Assembly (NCBI RefSeq): GCF_001194135.2
Contig: NC_068984.1
Coordinates: forward strand, 28,149,978-28,213,977
From: Octopus bimaculoides
Lineage: Eukaryota
Direction of reading: 5' to 3'
Length of the DNA stretch: 64,000 nt
Below the pieces are notes generated by a model. It was not told where the DNA came from and searched no databases. It was given only the letters and a program-made list of their open reading frames with translations. This document shows, one piece after another, positions 12,001 through 25,791 of the stretch (position 1 is its first letter; each line of letters opens with the position of its first letter). The position numbers and the translations under genes were made by a program.

Positions 12001-13890
12001 ATGCGTAGGAACATACATATATGTGCGCGCGTGTGTGTGTGTGTGTGTGTATCTGTGTTGTATATGTGTACGTCTTTGTTTGTATGTGTGTGTGCATGTA
12101 TGTGTGAGTGTGTGTGTACTTTTGTGTGTGTCTTTGCGTGTATATATGTGTGTGCATGCGTGCACGCACGCGCGTGTATATATATATGTGTGTGTGTGTA
12201 AGGGCTTAGATCATCTTTGTAGGTACCATGCAACTTTCTGAAAGATTATCAGTTTATAATCCTTCCCCAGTTCTGTGTTATTTCAATGGTTAATATATTT
12301 AACGCTCAAAACCGTTGTTCCCAAAGTTTCTTTAAATCACCACTGTTGCCTTTGATGGTGCTGCAGAAATGACAAGTGTTTCATTAAATTGTAATTTCAA
12401 ATTTTATTCTTTTCCAAGAGAATATATCCGCATGATAAACCATCATCAAATCTAGAACAAAATTATCTTTCATTTACCTGATCTATAAATAGTACTAACC
12501 CTTTCGATTGTCGTTTATGTGTGTGTGTGTGTGTGCTTGCGTGCGTGCGTGTGTGTGTGCGTGTATGTGTCTTGTACGTGTCCATTTATATATCGGTCGC
12601 AATTATGTGATTAAATGTATAAACGTGTATCAATCTTTTATGTGTTTGCCTGTATGTACTTAAATGTGTGTAGGATCATATTTTAAAGTTCAGAATATCT
12701 GTTTGGTGAGCATACACGCACACGCACTACTACATTCCCTCAAAAGGCATTGATCAGTCTTGTGCCGTAGTAGAAGAGGCTTGCCCAAAGTACCGCGCAG
12801 ATGGACTGAAAAATTCGTAACCACATAATTCTTGTATGTGCGTGTTTATGTGTGTATTTAATATTTCCAGTGTAAGATGCTTGTTATAATCATGAATAAT
12901 ATTATTAAACTGTTATTTTTAGCAATGCTGGTGGTTCTTAAACGTTTAATATAAAATGCATTTTATATTTTCCGCTCCTGTATTGTTATTAAAATTTTCA
13001 AGTGAACCGCTACTACAAATATACTCAACTACTACTGCAAATGAATTACCTATAATCGCTTCAAAGCAACCGATGCGCTAGCTACAAAGGTATGGTAAGT
13101 ATATAGGGATAGTATGCAAAATAGCAGTAGTGGTGGAATCATATATTCGTACAGAGAGTAGAGTTATTGGTAAGTTATTGTGATCGGTGTGGCTGGCAGT
13201 ATTGATGTATAAAGTTGGTCGACATGGCTGAATCGAAGCTCTGAATAAGTTATTGAAATTTTCATGTAAACCGTATTCATTGACGGTTCATTTTATGACC
13301 TTCTACTACTGAGTTATTGTTTATAAGGTCGCGAATTAGCATGAAGAGGAGCATCGGCCGTGGTTTCAGTTTTTCTTGTGAATATACGAGAGAAACCAAA
13401 CAATGAAGTTGTGATTTCAAAATTATATGATTCTTTTGAATAAAAATGGCAATAGGTGATTATTTATATACCTCACATGATGATGAAAGAAACGAGAAAT
13501 AGAAAGATTAAGAAATTGTTGCTTCATTGATCACTGCAACCGTCTTGGCTGTAGTCAATATCAATCTTTTTCGTTAGTGGCACAAATTGGAACTTATAGA
13601 ATGTCATATATCATACAATCATTATAAATTTAATTCAAAATTTTTATAAAGTCCTTAATGTTTGCATTCAATTATAACGTCCTTGATATTCGTAAATTGC
13701 TATTTCATCGAATCTCGTCAATGCGAAGCAGTCAAATATTTAATTACACTACATTCTTTCATCACAGAAGTGGACAAGGAAAGGAGAAAATATGTTTGCA
13801 AAGAGAAGATATGCGAAGCTATTTCACTACTTTTTTATTATAATTGATTAGTTGATTACATAAAAGTAAACATAATTCTAAATTCATGTA

Positions 13891-15150
13891 TTAGGTCGTC
13901 AAGTATGAAATCTGTAGTAAGGTATATGGTAAACTTTTACAGCTGCTCATTTTGAGCCATTATTATATTTTGACAATCTTTATTTTTTGTTAGAAAGCTG
14001 ACACATCTATTTCTTCATTCTAACTCATTTTGCACTTTATAAAGTATTTATAAATCACTTTTTGCTGTTTTGTTTAGAGATGGATAAGTCGGAAATTCGT
14101 ACAGTTTTTAAATATGAGTTTTTTCTTGGAAATACAGCATCACAGACAGCTTGGAATATTAATGGAGTATTTCATTCTAATGTTATTACACAGCAGACAG
14201 TATCAAATTGGTTTGCACAATTTCATTCTGGTAAATTTGACCTCAGAAATGAGCAACGCGGTCGACCAGAAACAAACGTGGATAATGACGAACTGAAAGC
14301 CTCCGTTGAGTCAGATCCATCTCAAAATGCCCGTGAATTATCGTTGTTGTTTGGTGTTAGCAAGCAAACAATATTGCCTCACCTAGTTCAAATCGGTAAA
14401 GTGAAAAAGTTGGATAAGTGGGTTCCACATGAACCCAATGAAAATCAGAAACAGCAACGTTCGGAAGCCTGCATTATGCTACTTTCTCGTCAAAACAATG
14501 AGTCATTTTTTAATCGAATTGCAACGTGATGAGAAATGAATCCATTGCAACAACTGTAAACGTTCAGCACAATGGTTGGACAAAGACGAGCTACCAAAAC
14601 ACAGTCCCAAAAGCAAAATTCATCAAAAGAAGTTGATGGTGTGTGTTTGATAGACTGGCGCAGGTGTGTTCCATTATGATTTCATTAAACCTGGCTCATC
14701 AATCACGGCCGAAGTATACTGTAGCCAACTGGACCAAATGATGCAGAAACTTACGTAAAAACAGCTTTGATTAGTCAACAGATCCACTCCTATTTTTATT
14801 TCAAGACAACGCTATCGCAAAAATGACATTGGCAAATCTACAGGAGTTGGAGTTGGAAGTTCTCCATCATTCACCAGACTCACCTGATCTTGCCCCGACT
14901 GACTACCACTTCTTCCAGAATTTGGATAACTTTTTGATAGGAAAAAAATTTAATTCTGACGATGCTGTAAAGCAGGTCTTCCAAGATTTTATTGATTTTA
15001 GATTGCCAGGCTTTAACAGTTCCGGGCTGGACAAGCTACCACTGAAATGGCAATACGGGTGCATACTTTGATGAATAAAACTATTCCTTCAATTTAAAAA
15101 GCATTTGCAAACTTTTTTCTTTCCTGCAAATTTCATACTTGACGATCTAA
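13891..15150 (+). mobile_element. Full-length mariner (Hsmar1/SETMAR-like) with pseudogenised transposase at about 14080-15071
   Basis: TIRs TTAGGTCGTCAAGTATGAAAT (13891-) and its reverse complement with one mismatch (-15150), both flanked by TA. Protein has WVPHE, decayed T*DEK*I and DSPDLAPTDYHFF motifs, with several stops and at least one frameshift. Confidence 0.93.
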
Positions 15151-17606
15151 TACAAATAACAACACTTCTAACGTATTTTCTTCTTTGTTTTTCATTACAA
15201 GAACACTTTAAAATGTTGTTATGTTATGATAATTTGTCTAAATTGAGTCAGCACAGAACTGCTGACTCAATTCATCTAAAAATCACACAGCTGTTCATCT
15301 AAAAGATCACACAGTCATTCACTGTTGTGCAAAATAAAAGATAAAAAGTAGCAGATGTGTTTTAAAAGAAACGTATCAGACAAAATGCTAAATTCCCCAA
15401 AGAAGCTCAGACGTTGCATAAAAAGAAGAGTTTGAGAATTAGTTAGTAAATGATAAAAAAGTTGAAATAGATGCTGTGATGAAGAATGATAGAATCGCAA
15501 ATACGTTAAGCTTTTACAGATATAGACTCTAAATTGTAAGAATAGAATGAACCAAATCTAGAAGAAGGAATATCACCAGATAGTGCATAGATACAAGAAG
15601 CTCCAAAAATAATTCGTCTCGACATACAACATAGAAGCCAGGAATACGGAGCGTTTGCTAAATGCTGACAGCATGCAATCAACATTAGATAAATAATTTC
15701 TTATAAGGTGTAATAAATCAAATGAATGATTAATCAAGGCACGCACTTGAAATAGTATTAGATTGAAATAATGATGTGTATACAGCATTGGCAGCAATAA
15801 TTTGTCTCAGAAAATAATCTTGTGTTAAAAGACATTATTGCTTAAAACACAGAGCTCGCTCAGAATGATCTCATCGGATTGTTATAGCCCATTGTTTCGG
15901 CCTTGTTTTGTCTTCTCAGTGACGCACAGACTTAGAAATTCTGATTTAAGTCGTAGCCTTATTTCGAATATGGAATTTATCAAACAAAACATTTGCTGCT
16001 TCTATGCGGAAGCTAAGCAGACATAAATTAAAGTGGCCTATTCGCTGACATCATTCTGAGGGAATAGTATGTTTTGAATACAAAATACCTTTAATATGTT
16101 TTGTGAGACAAAATATCTCTAACATAGTTTCTGAGACAAAATGTTACAGTCAAAGTCGTCCTAACTTTGTATATATAATATATACACACTATTAAGTATA
16201 TTATAATTTCAAGTCCATACTTTTCATATTAATTTTCTATAATTGAAATTTATGTGTAACAATGAGTACAAATTAACTCTACAGGACATATCCATAATCG
16301 TCTACACACTAAAATTTAGATAAATAGTATAAACTGAATATATACTAATAAAGAGATTCATGTAAGTAGTATTAATGTTTATATATTGCAATTCACAGTT
16401 GCAATTCAAGTTGAAATATCAGTTAATTTAGCACTATTAAAACATAGATTTATTAAAGCACCTTCACGCTTTAATATTACGTCATTTTTTCCAATGAAGT
16501 TTGAATTATCCTGCTTTGAACTTGATAAATATTGCATCTGAAAAACAGAAACTTTTTACAAAATTAAAAGCGAATTGTAGTTAGGGGATGTTTAGTTGCT
16601 TCCTATGAGTTTTTTGGGTTTTATTTATTTTTTTTTTTTTTGTTAGTGTGTGTACAATTACAAATATGAAAAGTACTAATTTTGATATATATAAATATCT
16701 TTATATCTAGCTTAATGTAATGTATCGTTAGAGCGCCGAATACAGCATTATTTACTTTGAAGGGATGCATGGTGCACAAATTACACTTATTCATATCGCT
16801 GGCAGACGTGAATCACCTGCTATGGGCGCCGGAACTGCCAGATCACGTAATATCGACATGCCCCATCTCTTCAGTGGCAGACGTCCAGTAGCCGCATACC
16901 AGTCAAATCTCACCGCCAGCGATATATGGAATTTCAGTGAGTATTCAAGCACTGATGTTGCAAATAGCCAGTAAGCTTCTTAAAATGTAAGTATTAACGA
17001 CTGAAGCAATACTAATACCAAGAGGCAATCTTTATATCCAACGTAGCGTGAATGTATTGTTAGAGCATTGAATACTGCGCTATTTACCTTTAAATATGTG
17101 TGATTCTATGCACCAAAAATCCATATGGGAAGTCCTCTGAAGGTAAATAATATGTTCTAGCAATATAGCTACGATAAATCGGGTATGAAGATTGCCTTTT
17201 GTTATAGGTACTGCTTCTTTCGGTAATAATCATATATAAATGTATTCTACTTTCATTTGTAATGAGTAAGTATATTCTATCTACACTTATAATTGCATTT
17301 TCATCCTCAATACATTGAAGTAACATCATTTTAAACGTTCAAAAGCGAAACTGTGCATTATTAATGTTTCCTTTCACAATTTCAAAACCTAATACAGCTA
17401 TAGTAAGATTTTCACGTTCTTTAACTATGTAAATATGTAAATAAAACATTAGATTGAGATTCCTAAATCATTGTTTATGCTTTCCATTTCCTTTTTCTTA
17501 AAACAACATTAATTTCAATTTTTTAATTTCTGATGTTCAATTCAAAACTTCAAGCTGTCAAAGGTTTTTGTTGGGCCAGTGAGTAGTTTTCGACTTTATA
17601 CAAACA

Positions 17607-17640
<34 letters not shown>

Positions 17641-19003
17641 TANNNNNNNNNNNNNNNNNNNNNNNNNNNNNNNNNNNNNNNNNNNNNNNNNNNNNNNNNN
17701 NNNNNNNNNNNNNNNNNNNNNNNNNNNNNNNNNNNNNNNNNNNNNNNNNNNNNNNNNNNNNNNNNNNNNNNNNNNNNNNNNNNNNNNNNNNNNNNNNNNN
17801 NNNNNNNNNNNNNNNNNNNNNNNNTTCCGTGCTACTGCAAGTTTCGCAGGCTCCTAATGGGAGCCCGATTCCTTCAGTCTTATGGAACATATATGCATAT
17901 ATATATACATGTATTCATGCGTGTGTAAGTATGTATGTATTATATAAAGTCAAAACCCCTCATATACATATATGTATATATGTATATGTGTGTGTGGATA
18001 TTTGTGAGGGGTGGGGGTAGTTGTGAAGATGGAGAAATAGAAATAAAATAGCATGTTGCCAAAGGAGATACTTTTGGTTGCAATAAAGAGTTTCTAGTTT
18101 TGGGGATGGAGTGATTGTATCAGATCATTCAGAAGTGTTTCTTTTCATAACTGTTATTGTTTAAGATAGGAGAGTATGAGACCCCACCATGAAGTAAAAC
18201 AATCTAAATTATTCAATTACTGAATGATATCATTAATAATAATATTGTAACAATAATAATTTTAAACAAATGAAGACAATATCTTTACAGCAATAATGAC
18301 TTTAAACAAACGAAAACAATATTGTCGTAACAATAATTTTAAACATATAGAGAGTATTTTGGGCCAATGCTTAACAACAGTCATTTTATAGAAAATCAAA
18401 GTAATGCAATACTTTGAAACAGCAAACCAAGGAAATCAAGAAACAAACAATTACAGAACATATTGTTCATGAATAGCAACGAAATTTTTTTTCAAGTGGG
18501 GAACAACCTTTATGCTCATATCTCTGATATTGCACCATCTCCTCGCAAATACTTTTAAGTAATTATTGAATAGTTCTTCAATTGTAAAATTGAATGGCTT
18601 CGATTTTTTCTTGGCATGAAAAAACAATATATTTGTTGGCCGCCAAACATAATAAAAGTAGCTACTGGCTCACAAAGTGAAAGTGGAAACAATGACTCAA
18701 GAGTCACCAAGATCTGAAGACAGCTTTTTTTTTAAAAAGATACGCTTAGCATAATAATACACTGAGAGGTTGGGGTAAAACTCCACACATAAATGAATAA
18801 ATGCTACTAATATTTCAAGACTTGATAGGATTGATGGAACAACGTACCATTAGTTGAATTGCTTTTAAAAATATTAATTGTTATCAAATAAAAAAAAGAA
18901 AAGGAAATTAAACAAAAGCTAGGCTCTAACGCGAAAGTAATATGCCTCAAAGTGTAACATAAGTATTATGACGTTCATGAAAATATTACGTTACATACAT
19001 AGA

Positions 19004-19034
<31 letters not shown>

Positions 19035-19095
19035 GTAAATATATGTATATGTATGTATGTACGTATCTATATATATGTATATGTATGTATGTACA

Positions 19096-19159
<64 letters not shown>

Positions 19160-19639
19160 ATGTCTAAAGCTCAATGGGAACGCCAACAGATGTTGCAGTT
19201 TGTTTCATCGCGTTGTGCATTTATCTTCATTTCTAGCAAAACTAACACTACTTCCATTACCATCACCAATATCGTTCATACCCCTTATCGTAACAACGCT
19301 ACTGCACTCGTCCTCCCACCACCATTATCCAAACACCTATTCACCCCAATTTCAACGATATTTCCTTCACCACTACAACTACCTTTGTCATTACTACCAC
19401 TTCAATTAATATATTGTCTGTAATTACTATGGAGATCAATGCAACAATCGCGTTACATACAGAAATGTATCTAGCGTGATTGCTATTATATGTATTGGTG
19501 TTGAGAGTAAAGGTGTCAGTGAGTTACGTTAATCAGTTTGGATGGTGGTATTGATGTAAGATCTGCTTGTATGTATATATATATATATATGGAGAAAAGA
19601 ATCCGTTTATTTTAATCTTGAATAATATTATAACAATTA

Positions 19640-19885
19640 TTCTTTTCTACTTTAGGCACAAGGCCCGAATTTTTTTGGAGAGTGAGCCTGTCATTTAGAT
19701 CGACTCCAGTACTACTTAATCTATCGACCCCGAAAGGATGAAAGGCAGAGTCGACCTCGGTGGAATTTAAACTGAGAACATAGACAGATACAATACCGCT
19801 AAGCATTTCGCCCGGCGTGCTAACGTTTCTTATTTCTTTATTACCCACAAGGGGCTAAACACAGAGGGGACAAACAAGGACAGAC
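19640..19885 (-). mobile_element. SINE family A tandem: the type A tail of one unit is joined to a 5'-clipped unit with the type B tail; runs into an N gap
   Basis: Reverse complement reads ..GGGTAATAAAGAAATAAG|AAACGTTAGCACGCCGGGCGAAATGCTTAGCGG..GGTCGACTCTGCCTTTCATCCTTTCGGGGTCGATAG..GGCCTTGTGCCTAAA. Confidence 0.8.
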
Positions 19886-20875
19886 NNNNNNNNNNNNNNN
19901 NNNNNNNNNNNNNNNNNNNNNNNNNNNNNNNNNNNNNNNNNNNNNNNNNNNNNNNNNNNNNNNNNNNNNNNNNNNNNNNNNNNNNNNNNNNNNNNNNNNN
20001 NNNNNNNNNNNNNNNNNNNNNNNNNNNNNNNNNNNNNNNNNNNNNNNNNNNNNNNNNNNNNNNNNNNNNNNNNNNNNNNNNNNNNNNNNNNNNNNNNNNN
20101 NNNNNNNNNNNNNNNNNNNNNNNNNNNNNNNNNNNNNNNNNNNNNNNNNNNNNNNNNNNNNNNNNNNNNNNNNNNNNNNNNNNNNNNNNNNNNNNNNNNN
20201 NNNNNNNNNNNNNNNNNNNNNNNNNNNNNNNNNNNNNNNNNNNNNNNNNNNNNNNNNNNNNNNNNNNNNNNNNNNNNNNNNNNNNNNNNNNNNNNNNNNN
20301 NNNNNNNNNNNNNNNNNNNNNNNNNNNNNNNNNNNNNNNNNNNNNNNNNNNNNNNNNNNNNNNNNNNNNNNNNNNNNNNNNNNNNNNNNNNNNNNNNNNN
20401 NNNNNNNNNNNNNNNNNNNNNNNNNNNNNNNNNNNNNNNNNNNNNNNNNNNNNNNNNNNNNNNNNNNNNNNNNNNNNNNNNNNNNNNNNNNNNNNNNNNN
20501 NNNNNNNNNNNNNNNNNNNNNNNNNNNNNNNNNNNNNNNNNNNNNNNNNNNNNNNNNNNNNNNNNNNNNNNNNNNNNNNNNNNNNNNNNNNNNNNNNNNN
20601 NNNNNNNNNNNNNNNNNNNNNNNNNNNNNNNNNNNNNNNNNNNNNNNNNNNNNNNNNNNNNNNNNNNNNNNNNNNNNNNNNNNNNNNNNNNNNNNNNNNN
20701 NNNNNNNNNNNNNNNNNNNNNNNNNNNNNNNNNNNNNNNNNNNNNNNNNNNNNNNNNNNNNNNNNNNNNNNNNNNNNNNNNNNNNNNNNNNNNNNNNNNN
20801 NNNNNNNNNNNNNNNNNNNNNNNNNNNNNNNNNNNNNNNNNNNNNNNNNNNNNNNNNNNNNNNNNNNNNNNNNNN

Positions 20876-20918
<43 letters not shown>

Positions 20919-22249
20919 GACATACATCATAATCGGAATAAATGACTTGATACATTAGACAGGAATGAATGAATTATTCATTTGGTAAACGTGAAACACC
21001 AACTTCAAAATTTTGTGGAGGACGCCTTACAGAGCTACGTAAAATTATTATTTGCTGATTTCTATAAAGGGGAGGATGAATAAGATGGTAGAGGTGTATG
21101 GGGTAGATAGAATGAAAGTATAGGAATTATAAGAAAATATCTAATCGATGCTTACTTCCCCATTAATTGCAGTAACATATATTTTATAGTAACTTATGGT
21201 TTAATGTATTTCTCAATTCAGATTTTATATCAATTTAATCACATGTTTTTATATTATTTACTGATATATTCTGAGTGTTTTATATTGTTTTCCTGCAATA
21301 AAATTTAAACTTCACACATTTAAATATGTCAGCTGTTAAACAATTGTTAGATGTATTGATATTTGATTGTGTATAGGTTTTATACACTTATAATGAGATA
21401 AATCTAAGATATTAAGATTTCAAAATTATGAGACACTATTCTATGGAAATTATCCCATTATTTATTGTTTTTTAAACGTTTTCATTTTCCAAACTGTTAA
21501 TATGTAATTTTACCCTTATCTTGTTATCGTCTATTGTTTCAAACAATTAAACTATAAACGATATTTAACAAAAGTAATTCCTGATATTATAATAACTTCT
21601 AAACAAATTTTTCTCAAGTTAATGTACATGATTTGGTCCTCTTTTGTATCGAAGGACTACTTCTATATTGAATTTTTCAAAACGTATTGCTCTTTACATT
21701 GAAAATGTTTTATGTACAAAAACAAATTTTCTATTAACTGGAACAGTTTGTATTACTTTATTCACTCATGTCTTATTTTGTTCCACACCTTTCCAATTTT
21801 ATATGCAAAAATATTAATTTTAGTCATATAATTAAAAATCATTTCCTTAAGCTTAATTCATTTCAATTTTTCATATGTGGTTTTACACTTTCTTAGATTC
21901 CAGCTTCAATTAAACATTAACCAAAATTATCACATGATTTCAGCCATGTAATGTGTACGGGTTCGTGTGAGAAACACAGTTACACGCTAGCACAAATTGT
22001 ATTCAATATGGTCAGAAAGAGTGGAATAACTCTTCTTTCCAGCATTATTTTAATCACTCGCTACTCCGAGCTTAGGACTGTCACATTTAGTGGGTGATGT
22101 ACTGATGCAAAACTTGTGGTAGCATTCCTTTTATTCATTTTCATTGTGGACTTGACAGATTAATTAAAACTAATGGTTAGTTTTTTAATCTTGAAAGTTT
22201 GTTTTTTTTTCTGAAATAAACATGAAGGAATCTTTTCCAATTTTCTTTT

Positions 22250-22810
22250 AATATGTAATGAATCCTTGATCAAATGTAATCTCAGATACTAATCCCAATC
22301 TCATCTTGGTGTTGCAAAAGTGGGTTCGACTATCGTGGCCATTGCCATCTACTCTTTTTGCTGGAATGTAATATTGATTGTCAAAGAAGTAACTGTTTTC
22401 TAGCACCGAACGTAACCCTTCTTGCATGAATTCTTTCGAAGATGGCCTCTGAATTATGTGCGGACATTTACATAACCACAATTCTACCGCCTCAAATTTC
22501 AATTTCTTCTGGTGCAGAGGCTAGTCAAGTCGAAAATAACTGAGATCGTTTTTGTGCTAACTTTTTCTGAAATGTGATTTAAAATGTATATCATATCTTA
22601 TGAAACAAGGAACCAATCTGCATAATGGTTTTTAATATGATTCCCAGTAAATTGCTTAACCACTGGGTACCTTAGGTTGATTTTGCAACAATTGGGCGTA
22701 AGTTCAAATTACATGGCTTAGGACGCTTTACATACGATGTATAGAGATATTTAGGTTTTAACGAATTTCTTTACAGTTATGCATTTTCGATTGTCCATAA
22801 AAGTTGTTTG
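22250..22810 (-). mobile_element. Decayed Penelope-like element RT (Neptune-type by resemblance); may extend toward about 24300
   Basis: FYGQSKMHNCKEI (cf. FYGLPKIHK), LNLRPIVAK, TISVIFDLTSLCT (cf. SFDVTSLYT), EAVELWL..KEFMQEGLRSVLENSYF, MAMATIVEPTFAT. Confidence 0.75.
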
Positions 22811-23309
22811 ATTTTGCATCAAACTTTGTTGCATAATTCAGCTTCTTTTCATTACATTACTTCTGAAATTGTTAATTTTCCTGCTTTTTCTATTACTTAT
22901 TAATTTGTGTTTGTTCCTAATACACTTTGGATTGTTGATCATTTCATTGCTCTAAGATCGTGAGCCTATCATGGAGTCTTGTCCATTGTTTCAATGGCTC
23001 CTTCTGTGTCAGCTTCTTAAACTGCGATAGAGAAATCTGATGGCATTGCACTGCTTTTTGCACTTCCTTTGTAATATTTGACTTTATACAATTTGCTAAA
23101 ATATTTGAGCTTTCTCACTTTTTCTGAACGCTAAAAATTCCTCAACATGTTTATTCTAGTTCATGGGGGGTTTAAAACCTTTTTTGATTTTTTTACCTGT
23201 TATGAATTTTTTGTAATCCTTTTGGGAAAATTGCTACAGTCGAAGTTTCCAACAGAATTCTTCAGTATCTTTAATAAGATCTATTATGTCAGGTATAGAA
23301 TTTGGTATA

Positions 23310-23392
<83 letters not shown>

Positions 23393-24929
23393 TTCTTAAG
23401 CATCTTTCAGTCTGCTTCTTTCATTTATTTATTACACATCTCTATTTTTTTTTTCTTTTTGTCTTTTTGTACGCTTCATATTCCAAATTTATTTCATCCC
23501 AATCTTTAGATATATCCCATATATTCGAGAGTTATGCTGCGATTGATATCACAGCAGCCGTATTCGGGGTTTCTGAAAAATTGTAATGTGTTTCAATGCT
23601 AGTACAAACTCTATTTTATCCCCGTAAATACAGGTTTGTTCTTCCATTTCTATACTGTTATCTGTATAGCAGTGAGCGCTTAGCTTCTTCTGCCTCTTTC
23701 TGTCGGCATGTGCGTTCTTCTTGTTGCAAAACGGTGCTGCTGGTTATGGTCTACGGAGATGTTTTTCGGCATCTGGTTGGCTTGTATTTCGTTGGTGGCT
23801 CTTGGATAGAGGACAACCTCTTCTGACTTTCCTAGAGTTACAATTGCTGGTGCTCTGAAGAACAGCAACTTCTGTGTCTGGTTTTGCTGTTGCTGTCTAT
23901 GTTGCTCCTTTCCATTTCTGCTACTTTAACTCTTCATCGTAGAAACCCTTAAATGACTCCGACATCAAAGAATGCAGAATTATTTCCATTTGTCAAAATG
24001 TGTGTGCATGTTCATGTTGTTTCCAGAAGTAACGTTAGAACTGTTCACACTAGAGGTGTTTTCTAGCAAAGTGTCTTTTCCTTTGAAAGCGCATTTGATG
24101 CAAAAGATTCTCGTTTATTTTTGTCATGTATTTAAACCCTGTAGATTTATGTGCACCTCTGCTACTTTTGTTTATGAGGGAAGATCTCTCCACATATTAC
24201 GAATACGTATAGACAAATATGCATAAATAATTTTTGGTCTAAAATCAGACATAGCTAAACACATTGCATCTTTGTATTGAAGCAGTTTTCTGTAGATATC
24301 TTATTTTTCTAGCAATCTTTCTCTCAATTCATGTATGATCCATTATAAATTAACGTTAACATTACGCATTCAGCAGAGCATGCTAGGTGTATTGCTTTCA
24401 GATTTTCGCACATCCTCTCCATTTAATCCTCATTTTCTCTACCATGCAATATCACTTTCCTTACAGAAACATCACATCATCTGTTCATTACACGTAGAGA
24501 TTCCTTTAGTAGCTAGCAGAATATTTCCGCACTCGTTCTTTAGCTGTAGTTTGATTTTATTGTGGTATCAAATACGGTTTTGCAATGTTCCTTAAACTGC
24601 GTTTTGTGTCTTTTATTTCATATCCCTTCTCATGTTCATTAGCTATACTGATGATTTTTTTCCCCTCCTTCACGAACTTGAGCGAAAACGTTGTTTTTTT
24701 TTCTCCGCCACAAATGTTGCTTCAGTATTATAATCCTTAATACTGAGTACAGTCCATATTTCCTCTAATGTTATGTTGACGCATATGCGTATATTTATAG
24801 TGCATGCAAATATTTAATGGTGTGTTCATTCAAGATCTTCAAATGAAGAAGTTTTGGAAAGACTTGCAAATCTCTGTTATAAGTTTCATTTGAATTTGCA
24901 GAACAGGAGTCAATTTATTCTGTTCTTTC

Positions 24930-25525
24930 TTGAACAACACCTGTATTTTCAGGCTCAAAGCTAATACCACCTGGCTTGAATATAATGACACCAGAGTGGA
25001 TTCGTATAAAGCTAGAAGAGTAGCAGAAAAGGCAGAACATACCTTCGTCCATGACAGGATCCATTACAACCATTGGAAAAAACATCAACTAAATAACGAA
25101 ATCAAAGAGAGGTTATCTTCTTTGCTTAGGAAAATAACCAGAGATGATGATAGAAAGAGAATCCAACAAGATCTAGAAAAGTCGTACATGAAAGAATTTG
25201 AAATGGTGAAGACATGCCGGTCGGAGAATGAAGACTGAAGTCCGTCACCCACCTGTGAAAGCAGTAATTAATGTAAGTAGCCGAGATCTAGAAAGCTCTG
25301 AAGAAGCAGTACTAAATAAAGGTCTCAACTTTACGACAACCATCAAGCACATTCCATACTTGGACATAATAGCCCCTATTGAAGAAATAGCCGTAAGGAT
25401 GCCAAAAACTCAGGGAGATGAAATAAGGTGGAAAGTGAGACAGGTACTAGAAAAAGCAAAACTTCCCAAACCAAACATCAGTGAGGCAGAAAAGTTTGCT
25501 ATCAAAAGACTACATAATGACAAAC
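24930..25525 (+). mobile_element. Penelope-like element, pre-RT N-terminal region, cut off by a SINE
   Basis: AVINVSSRDLESSEEAVLNKGLNFTTT..IPYLDIIAPIEE..KAKLPKPNISEAEKFAIKRLHND. The sequence stops just before the expected ADKG motif. Confidence 0.8.
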
Positions 25526-25527
25526 CG

Positions 25528-25653
25528 ACATAAGGCTTTGGTTAGCCCGAGGTTATAGTAGAAAACATTCGCCCAAGGTGCCACACAGTGGGACTGAACC
25601 AGAACCATGTGGCTGGTAAGCAAGCTGCTTACTACACATCCACTCCTGAGCCT
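25528..25653 (-). mobile_element. SINE family B (tRNA head plus CCTTGGGCAAG core-like segment), 5' fragment
   Basis: Matches the 5' part of the copies at 35410 and 59838. Confidence 0.75.
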
Positions 25654-25791
25654 ATAGACAAATATGGCCAGTATATGTAAATATTCAATTGTAATTTTGT
25701 TTAGCCTTTGGTGAAATTTTACTGAGCAATCCAATGACAAGAACTACTCAAGACATATTGTAATCCAATGTACATTATCCATTTCGTCTGA

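Noticed and set aside
15540-16170. Weak inverted similarity around TTTGTCTCA/TGAGACAAAA, suggesting a DNA element
   Set aside because: I could not define termini, a TSD or coding motifs.
16765-16974. 69-aa GC-rich ORF ending near GTAAGC
   Set aside because: No recognisable domain or acceptor; better explained by the inverted-repeat islet.
18440-18720. Possible further PLE RT remnant (NFFQVGNNLY..)
   Set aside because: The resemblance is too weak; no AMG/SP or DD motif was recoverable.
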